Position numbers and translations under genes: made by a program. Positions 54,645-64,000 of a stretch of DNA of 64,000 nt are shown here, one piece after another. Positions within the stretch are counted from its first letter, which is position 1; each line of letters starts with the position of its first letter. This DNA is from Dimorphilus gyrociliatus (lineage: Eukaryota; Animalia; Annelida), in the NCBI GenBank assembly GCA_904063045.1, contig CAJFCJ010000008.1:62001-126000 (forward strand), in the 5' to 3' direction. The notes beneath the pieces are model-generated. The model did not search any database and was not told the DNA's origin. It saw nothing but the letters and a program-made list of their open reading frames with translations.

Positions 54645-57229
54645 AATGGTGTCCATAGTTTCGGAACCGATATGGATGAGGACGATTTAGAATTATTCGA
54701 TAATGATGACTTTTATGCCTGGTTGGGCCTGGGGAGAAATGTAAGACGACATATTTTGTGAATTTTCATCAACTTTCAGCATTATGATTTCTTAGATATA
54801 TCGATTTTCAAATATTTTCTGAACGATAATACAATAAAACGTGCTCTCAATACAGGCTACAGCTGAAGAGATAAACAATGCCTATAGGAGAATGAGTAAA
54901 ATATATCACCCAGATAAACATGCATTAGATCAATTGAAGAAAGAAAAAGCCGAAAGACTGTTTAATAAAATTAAGAGAGCTCATGAAGTTTTGTCTGATC
55001 CTCATAAGAAGGTCATATATGATACAACTGGTGAAAAGGGTTTGCAAGCTGAAGGATGGGAATTATTACCGAAACAAAAAACTCCCCAAGAAATATTACT
55101 TGAATATGAGCGATTGAAACAGGAGCGAGAAGAAAGGTTGTTAGAACAAAAAACAAATCCAAAGGGATCTATAGTTGTTGGGATTGATGCTACTGATATA
55201 TTTGATAGATATGATCAAGAAGATGGAATATCATTTGGGCAAGTTTTAAATATTTTAAAATTACATTCAATTGCTGTTTTCATATTTGATGCAATGGTGA
55301 TGCAATAATAACTCTAATAGATCCGAATTACCACACCTAGAAGTTAATCAAATGAGTATTGCTCAATCTATTGAATTTCCTTTGACGGTTAAAGACAGAA
55401 TAGTTCTTCAGGTATATAAATAAAATGATACCTCAGCCACATTTGCTCAAACATGAAACTTCATTTAAGGGTCAGTTGGCAAGTCAAAATGGAAATGGTT
55501 CAGGAGCCGTTGCCACATCCTATCGTCGCGTTCTATCAGATAATAGTTGGGTCGAGGTTCGCACTATGATGGATTATTGACAATTTATTAATAATTAAAT
55601 CAAATTTTATACTTAAACAGACAGAACTTTCTGTGGGAAATGGTTTAGGAGTATCAGTAAGAGGATTTAGACAGCTGTGGGCTAGAAGGTAAAGGCTATT
55701 CATAAAAAATATTAACAATTATTTACACTTTTGTTTATTGAAAAGCTATTGTACAATGACGGCATCTCTGCAAGATACTAGGAAAGGTTTAAGACCATCT
55801 CTAAATATTCGTATGTGTTACAATAAAAATTTGTCATTTAACTTATTAAATGTAATAAATTGTTTTAAACAGTAACTGCATCCCAAATTGATAAAAATAT
55901 ACAAGGAAGACTATCCTGGAATGCGCTACGACCTAGTAGTATACAGTATTCTCTAGTTTATGATAACGAATGTAATCATGGTTCTGTTACTTTAAACGTT
56001 AGTAAAATTTATTTTTAATTTAAGAACTTAAAAAAAACCGAATTAAAACATTTTATAGGTCGGAATTTTAAACTCATACTTATCTGCAACGTATGTTAGG
56101 AAGTTTCCCGACTATGAAATGAAACTAAAAGGATCTGTAAAGTATGATTAATTATTTGAAGTTACAATTAAAGAAGCTAAATAATTTTACCTTTTAGATA
56201 TGGTACTTTTGGGATTTGGTCGGAAGGTTCTTGTGAAAAGAAACTTACTAAGTTTAGTACGGTATCTGGAGCTATATCTGTTGGATCCCATACAGGTGTC
56301 TTATTAAAGATAAGGTTAGTTGAAGAAGTAATTAATGTTGTACAATCGTAATTTTCAACTATATTTTGTCTTATCTTAGAGTTTCAAGAGGAAATATGCA
56401 ATTTTTCTTCCCCATACACTTATCAGACTATGTTGACCCGGCAGCTATATTTTACGGAACATGTATTACCGTTGGCGGCTATTTTGCTCTTAAAAATCTT
56501 TTAATTCTTCCGTTTGTTAAATCGAGAGAAAAAGAAAATCTTCAACGAAAAAAAGGAGAATTCGAAGAATGGTCGAAGGAGCAGAAAAAAAATGCATTAG
56601 CAGAACTTGATTTGATGAAGGAAACCGTTGAAAGAAGCTATAACAACGAAAAAGCTAAAGGAGGTTTAGTTATCAAAAAAGCTCTTTTCGGAAAATTATC
56701 AGGCGAAAATTTACAGTTAGTTGATTTATATATGATTCAATATTTAAGCTTATTTGATAGTATCTATATAATTTGTTTCCTTCAATAGAAAATCTGATTG
56801 CATTGACGTAACCCTACCGATGCAGGCTTTGGTTAACGACTCTAAAATAGTTTTACCTGCTAACACCAATATAGTAAGTATTTTTTACTTTTGAATTAAT
56901 ATTTTTTGTATATTGTTAAAATATTTATTTTGAGAAGAGTCTAAGTGTGTTCATTAATAAATCATTAGAATGACATTTCACCTATTTAATTTCATACTAG
57001 AGTGAACTACCTGGATTCTACGATCCGTGTTTTGGAGAACCTAAAGAGCTATCTATAAAGTACGATTTTAGAAGACGGCCTCATTCTTGCATACTCAATG
57101 AAAAGAAAAAAATTGTCATACCTTGCAAAGGTATTCATCAAAAACTTTGGAATTTTTCGAAAAAATCTAAGAAATTTCCTTTTTTTTTCAGATCATACTT
57201 GCGAAGAATCTGGCGAACCTGTGACCTGA
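54645..57229 (+). CDS. DNAJC11: DnaJ homolog subfamily C member 11, 13 exons (alternative in-frame start at 54672)
   Basis: Exons 54645-54740, 54856-55238, 55321-55411, 55470-55556, 55621-55688, 55746-55810, 55873-55997, 56059-56141, 56198-56314, 56380-56715, 56789-56873, 57001-57130, 57192-57229. J domain with YHPDKH, LEQKTNPKGSI, SQNGNGSG, FFFPIHLSD, IDVTLPMQALV, ELPGFYDPCFGEPKEL. Confidence 0.97.
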
Positions 57230-57350
57230 CAAATTGAAGCTATTTTCAACAGTCTAAAGCTAAATACATAATGTCAAAGTTAAAGAAAAATTTTGGTTTA
57301 AAAGAAATATATGCTATATATATATATATATATATATATAAATTTATATA

Positions 57351-57390
<40 letters not shown>

Positions 57391-59369
57391 GTATGTGTAC
57401 GTAAATACAGATGAGAGTTCCGTATTAGATCCTTAATTGATATCTTGTTAAAATAAAAAAAAAACAACCCGAAAAGAAAAGGAAAGAAGGAAACAATTTT
57501 TTATGAAATTAATAGCTGAGAATTTTTAGATTTAGGATAAAGTCTGCTCTTTGCCACCATCGATTAACTCTAACAAGTGCAAAGAGGCTTTAATTGGGAA
57601 GTAATACAGATAAGTAATCTAATTATGACTCTTTAAGGCCTTAACAATTTCAAATAAATGTATATAGTGGATATTGGCTTGAAAAAAAAACGACAAAGTT
57701 GATGCTAAAGTTTTTACAGTTAACAAAATGTTAAAATAGTTAATTGGATGATCGTTGTAAACATATTGGCCTATTTACCCTAATATAGACTTTCTATTTT
57801 TAGAAATTAAGAATACTGTAACACCATCAGAATCCAGGCAATTGGCCACAGTCGCGACATTATCGGTCTTAGTATTTGCTCTCTTACAAATGCGACGTCC
57901 TCGTTCTCAGCTACTGACTATTTACGTTCCTAACAAGTGGTTTTTGAAAATAAAAAGTAAGTTATGCACTTACGGCCTTAATTCAAACCAAATAAAGGAA
58001 ATGAAATCAGATTATACGTGGGTAGTTTTATCGTTTGAATTTTATTTTTTTACTATAGACATCTCAAACCTACCTATACATTTTTCTGTATTATAAAAAA
58101 GGACTATCATAGCTTGTAATATGTTATTTTACAGCTTAATTCATAGTTTAACGTATAAAATGTGACTAAAGAATTTTTCATAAAGGAAAAGTTGAAAAGC
58201 CTGCACGGTTTGATTAACCTTCATTTATTTTCGTCCAAAGTTCGTTTCGTTTTAGGTCGACGCACCGGCATTTAGAGTTTTATATAGTAAACAAATCTTT
58301 GAATCATTTTAACCTTTAACTTTAATTTATATCTATCTCCTTATAATAGTACATACATAAATGTATACGATATAAATTAATATAAATGCTCCTATAGAAT
58401 TACAATTATAATAGAAAATAAGATAAATTTTTGTGTATAGATTCTTGCGCAATTATAAGATTTTTTCTTATCATGAAAGAAAACAATGGTATTTATAAAC
58501 GGCAGAAATATATATAGGATATATGTAACTATATGGATCATTAGCTAATACTATTCATACTCTTTCAAGAGTTAAAAGTAGGGTAAATAAAAATAACGTT
58601 TTCGTTATAATAACTATTTCATTACATTAAATAAAATTATAGAAATGGTAAATCTTTTTTTTATTTTCTTTTATTGTTAAATGTAAGAAATACCGTCCAA
58701 TTTTCTCCAACAAAAGAACCAATTTTAGTGAAAGTTTTCGGCCAATAGGACTTTGTAATTTTGTTACGTAATAACAAATCGATTTGTATTGAATACCTAA
58801 TATATTTAGCGTCTTACCCAACAAATGATCCACCTTGCCCGCGTAATATCGTAAATTTTAGAATAAATTACCCGTCGTAAATATTTGAAGTGGACAAAAG
58901 GGAGATGAATTGTGATGTAACTTAAGTAGTAAAACGAAAATTTAACCGAAATGTGGTGAAAGTTCGACTTGTATTCTTATTCAAAAATAATAAATAATCA
59001 TTATAGAGCATATCGTCTATACGCAGATACAATTTACATGAATATATATATGTATATATATATTATATAAATATACTGTACATACATAAATTTATCTTTT
59101 AAGTATACAGAGTATAAAGATATTTATATAATTTTGTGAATATACTCATATATAGTTAAAAAGATAACAACTAATACAATATAAAATAAGCTCACATTTA
59201 TTAAGCATATGTATTTTATACTGTACGTATTATGTACATAATATAGCACGGCAGGGGAAGAGAAAAATTAAATAAAAACTTAGAAAATCATCTTTTTCCA
59301 TAAAGAATCGTTTGTAGTATTTACATGTACATATTGTAGAACATATATAACACTATATCTATACATATA

Positions 59370-59417
<48 letters not shown>

Positions 59418-61798
59418 GTGAAATATATTTATCAGGACAATATCTCTTTTTCCTATGATGAACTAATTCAGTTCTATCTCTTTCTCTCTCTCACTCACTC
59501 TCTTAATCTTATTTCTCTAAGATCTTTCGTTCATCTATATACACAAAATATTCATAAAAGGAAAATTTGTTGCAGTGCAATTCGTTTAATTGGAATTTTG
59601 TGTATAAAATTGTTTTTTGATAAGAAATGCTCCATTTAAACCCTTCAGTTATATTTTTATATAAATATATATCAAGTATAATTTGAAAGATTTCTATTTT
59701 TCGATTAATTGATTAATTCCACTCAACTTTTATAGATAAGAGTTTTTCAGATTAGTATTACAAGTTCACATATATTTTTATAGATAAGAATTGAATAGAA
59801 TTGAAATGAAAACGTTCTGAGTGACATTTTAATTGAAGTTTGAAAAAAATAACTGTTCTATAAAAAGCATTGAATAAGATAAGTTATAAAATTGCTTAAA
59901 AAAGTCAGAAGGACACATGAATACAACTTAAATAAACTCTTTAAGAAAACCACAAATGACATATTACTATGACCCTTGACTCTTTTAAAAAAATATAGAT
60001 TAGGAACCTGACAGTAAAAAAAAGAAGACTAGTAGAAAATTGTTTAATTTTCATCAATTGGAGGAATAAAAGGATGGAAAGCACATGTTTTTTTTTTTTA
60101 TTACTTTTTTGTATCTTTATATAGAAGTAAAATCACAGGATAGCTGTATTCCATAGCTAACAGAATACATAGAATATGAGGTCAATTTGTTCACTTTTTA
60201 ATAGAATACACTTAAAAAACAAGATTTGTAAACAAAGTAGAAAAAACAAACACTCACTCGAAAGTAAAGGACATAGTGCCACTATTAGAATCAACCTTAA
60301 GGTCTTTTACCTTTTTTTAATTGATTAATAGGGCAAAATACCCAAAAATCGGTAACAAACAACTCGATACCTGAATGAAACATATTCTTAATGATTCATA
60401 ATCTGTAACACAAACAAATCGCTTTTACAATGAATAAATAGTTAAATCTGTTGCTATATATATAACATAACTTGTTAGTTTGTTAATCAATACCTCCTGT
60501 ATTTTATAAGTATATACGTAATATATTACATAACTAGCCTGAACTACGACTTAATAATTTGTATAAAAACAACAATTATTAAAGTTGTTAGTATTATTAA
60601 AGTAGTTATGTTAAGTATAGGAAAGTACTTCAGTGGTAAAGATTATAGGAATCATTCTCTCTCTCTCTTTCACTTTCATTCAATGCCTTTTCTTTAAAGA
60701 AAAAAGAAAGTCATCATATAAAAAGTTAAGTTGCAATTGGTTTTCATATTTACCTGTTTCTTTTTCTCTATCTCACTCGCTCTAATTCTTTTTCCATTTT
60801 TTTTCTCTTACTTAAGCCTATAATCCCTTTAGATAAGCTAATAAGGAACCATACCTTTTTTTTATTTAATTTTTTTACAACTTTTTTTTTGTCTGAAAAT
60901 TGTCTTATAATTTAATTCTGTCTTTTACAAAATATCTAGGTAACAAGGATTTTACTCTCAAAATGCCTAGTTGCCTTAAAAAATCACAATAACAGCACCT
61001 GTTCTCGAATTAAACACGCAATTTTTGCTCACTCGACAAAATCTAACCTTTTTTCAAAAAGAAAAATACCCCAAGAAAAAAGTTCAAAGGTTCAAAAAAA
61101 ATTCCTAAGGGTCTAAAAAAATTATAATAGGCAAAAAGCAAATATTTGAGTAGAATCAGTTTTGAGAAATGATTTTTAAATATATGCATATATAACAATA
61201 ATATACGTATACTCTCTTTACATTAACTTTCTTAAAGAACAATATAGACTTATAAATAAATAAATAAATAATATATAGTGTTTTATCTCTCTAAAATAGA
61301 TTGCATCCTAAAAACTATACTTTTTCAACTGTTTTATAAATATACTTTCTTATTTTGAACGACTCTTCAACTATTTCTAATTGAATTGTTTGTTATTAAG
61401 TATTTTTTTATCCAATTAAACGGAAATGCACTGTCTTTTTTTTTTTTCATTTTCTTTTTACCTCTTATTTAACAAAACAAATAAAAGTAAACAACAAGAA
61501 CATATTAATATCTAAACGGAGGAGTTTTTGTGCATTTTGTTTTTATGGATTGGTCGGGCTTATTTATTTTTGTTTTTTTGTTGTTTTTTGCAGACTTTGC
61601 AGCGTCGTTGAGAGAAAATAGAGGAATTAGTACATAATTCTAAATGATAGAATATAAAAAAAGGCTGCAAGGGGTGTAACCGCATACCAAAAATGCGTTG
61701 TGTTTATTCAGCGTAGGAGTTTTTTCAATTCAAACTCCACTCTTCGAACTGTTTATAAGTCTGAATAACTTGCATTCAATTTTTTTTCGCAGGCCAGT

Positions 61799-62594
61799 TT
61801 AGTTGTTCAAGTTTTTGGGCCATTTTGTTGAACTACCTAATTCGTCAATACGCAATAATATTCTATTCGATAGAGCCGATTTTCTTATCCTGGCTCTTCG
61901 TTGTTTGCTATCAAACGACAAATATTGCCTCGTTTTCTTCAATTTACACCTCCTTGATGCATGGAAGCGTGCTCTGGCAAAAGCTACATGGTTTTGATAG
62001 CCCGATTCTATCTTTTGCCATAGGCAGTACTTATCTAGCGTCCGATAGTTACAGGCCGATTTACGGCAGGCGGATAATGTCCGAATTTGGACGCCTTTCG
62101 TCCGGATCCTTTTCGAGCATACGAAATGTTTAGTTTCGGTGTTCTGCAGTAAGTAGGGGTAAAAATTCAATTTGCATGGGGACGGTTCCGAGTAAAATAA
62201 TTCGTATAGATGAAATTGGGTAAAATTATTCCATCTCGGCATATTGGCAAATATTCTATTTTTCCGTTTTGTTTGTTTTGATTGAACCATATAGCCGTCG
62301 GCCGTCGTTAGTCGGACTAGTTTAACAGAGTAGAAGCTATCGTCTCCTAAACCGAGCGTTTCGTTCTGTTTAATTAACAAATATAATCGATTAATAAAAG
62401 AAAAGGTAAAAAGACTTAAATTGAGCACAAATAGTGAACAATGTAAAGAAAGGAAAAGAGGATGTCACGAAACCTCTATTAATCATTTCTGTTATTTCTT
62501 ATTTTCTTTTTTACGCCTAACTGGATTAATGACGTAAAATTCATATTACTGTACTTTCTAATAAAATTCATTGATAACACATCTTGTTTTTTTG
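61799..62594 (-). CDS. Divergent fibroblast growth factor, FGF8/17/18-like; exons 62515-62594 (probable) and 61799-62365; signal-peptide exon not located
   Basis: By-eye alignment to FGF8: NFTSLIQ~NFTQHVR, VRLTTADGYMVQ~YQLYSRTSGKHVQ, NRIFAN~KRINAM, LLQNTETKHFVCSK~RVRGAETGLYICMN, KYCLWQK~KDCVFTE, QYLSFDSK~WYMAFTRK, followed by a basic heparin-binding-like stretch. Acceptor aattaaacag precedes 62365. Confidence 0.65.
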
Positions 62595-64000
62595 CTGATA
62601 AAATAAAAAAAAACGATATCGTTGTTCAAAATAAAAAAAATAAAGAAATAAAGAAATTCGTGTTCATCTTTTTCTATTTGTAAAGGGGGCGTCAGAGGAG
62701 TTGTAGTTTAATCGCTTTCTTTTCTCTCGTTAAGATCTCCTTTATATTCAACAATTAATTGGATATTTTTCGCTATGAAGTAGAATGTGGAGAGATAGAG
62801 AGAGGACGAAAGAATGAATGAAGGCATAGAGAAAATTTTTTTCATGAAAGAAAGAAACTCCTTGGCCCATTTACTTTTTTTCATTTTTTTCATTCATTCA
62901 TTCAATCTATCTATCTTTTTCTTTCTCTCAATCTCTACTTTTTTCTCAAAACATTTTCAAATGTCTCAGAATGAACTGGCTATCAATCATAGGCCGATGA
63001 GGTCATTAGAATTAAGTAAGCACTTGGAATTCTTTTCTATTTCTAATCGTTCTTTGCTGCTCGCTGTATAGCAAATAGAACTTGATACAGTTAATCAATC
63101 AATTAGCAGGCAAAGAAAAGCGACGGGGATCACTTCTAGCTTTCTTTTGTTATAGCATGTTTGTTGTCCTTTCTCAAGTTCCTACTCAATAAGCGTTTAA
63201 TAGACGTTAAAAGAATAACATTCAATAGTCTATTCATACTTTTCTAAGGTAAAAGATTTCTAACTTTTTGAATTATGTTCCCAATTAGATTAAAGGGAAA
63301 AAAATGGGCGGGAAGGGTATGTAAGGACGAAGGGGGAGGGGGAGAGGATATATAATAGAATTCTTCCTTTTATTAATTTCACTATTTCTTTATGATTCAT
63401 AATAATTAGATTGTCAAGATAAAAAGTTATCTTTTATATTCTAATGATGACTTGATTATTCATTTTAGAACTTTGAAAAGGCCCCTTTCGTCCTCTTATA
63501 GATTTCAAATTTACTGGAATTTAATTAAAATAGACGGTATGAAATATGCATATTAACATAATTTATTTATATTATTATTAAAAAACTGACGTCTCCCTCG
63601 TAATTAATGGATTTTTAAGAATTATTTGTCGCTTTCTTTTTGTCCACTTCTTCTTGAGTATAAACAAATTCTATCCTTGAATTTAACAAATGGATTGACT
63701 TTGAAAGACCTATGTCAACTTTTTACTGCCATCAGTCGATTATGTAATTCCCAATTGTAAATTATTCCCTACCTTACTATAAATGATGTAATAGAGGGGA
63801 ATTTCGCCTACTAATTAGTCGTTTTACGAGGCAAAAACGAGAATGAATGATATACGAATAGCACGTGCAATTTTGAAAGTTCGCGTGACATTTTTCCGAT
63901 TCTTTTTCAGTTTCGAACGTGACCAAAATATCACGCGGGAAAAATCATTCACGCACGAAAGTTATAATAAAGTTCTATATATTAATTAAATAAATACAGA

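Noticed and set aside
57800-58850. Minus-strand exon-like piece (ENEDVAFVREQILRPIMSRLWPIAWILMVLQYS) and a donor at about 58817
   Set aside because: No start codon or coherent gene model, and no homology recognised.
61252-61275. Overlapping AUUUA pentamers on the FGF strand
   Set aside because: (AAAT)n is common in this AT-rich DNA and earlier AATAAA signals (about 61705, 61563) may end the mRNA before it.
62416-62486. MINRGFVTSSFPFFTLFTICAQFK as the FGF signal exon
   Set aside because: Its only donor is phase 2 while the 62365 acceptor needs phase 0; not joinable without an indel.
62595-62667. Signal-peptide-like MNTNFFISLFFLF*TTISFFFILSA in frame with the FGF exon, interrupted by one TGA (readthrough or recoding idea)
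   Set aside because: The T-rich stretch ends in a strong acceptor (ttttttttattttatcag at 62595-96), so it is more simply an intron polypyrimidine tract. TGA is an ordinary stop in Msx and DNAJC11.

Overview
AT-rich, gene-dense metazoan nuclear DNA with short (mostly 50-120 nt) spliceosomal introns. The gene content (5-HT4-like receptor, LRP2BP, SSUH2, ARMH3) and compactness suggest a compact-genome bilaterian, possibly a spiralian such as a meiofaunal annelid (inference only). Genes reconstructed by hand: intronless 5-HT4-like GPCR (-, truncated at the window edge and missed by the ORF track); two divergently oriented orphan genes (11.3-14.6 kb); a three-exon Msx homeobox gene (+) in about 20 kb of non-coding DNA; SSUH2-like (-); an orphan CxxC/coiled-coil ORF (+); ARMH3 (-, 16 exons); LRP2BP (+); an ADGRA/GPR124-125-like adhesion GPCR (-); an RNF13-like PA-TM-RING ligase (-); DNAJC11 (+, with a GC-AG intron); and a divergent, previously unlabelled FGF8/17/18-like ligand (-) whose whole core lies in one exon. 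Highlights: an exact Smad1/5-Smad4 BMP-response element 6 kb upstream of Msx, recurrent CTCF-like motifs near domain edges, a possible duplicated alternative exon in ARMH3, Tc1/mariner-like excision footprints, and a gene set whose human orthologues mostly fall in the 4/5/8/10 NK paralogon. No tRNA, rRNA, CRISPR array or intact transposase was seen.
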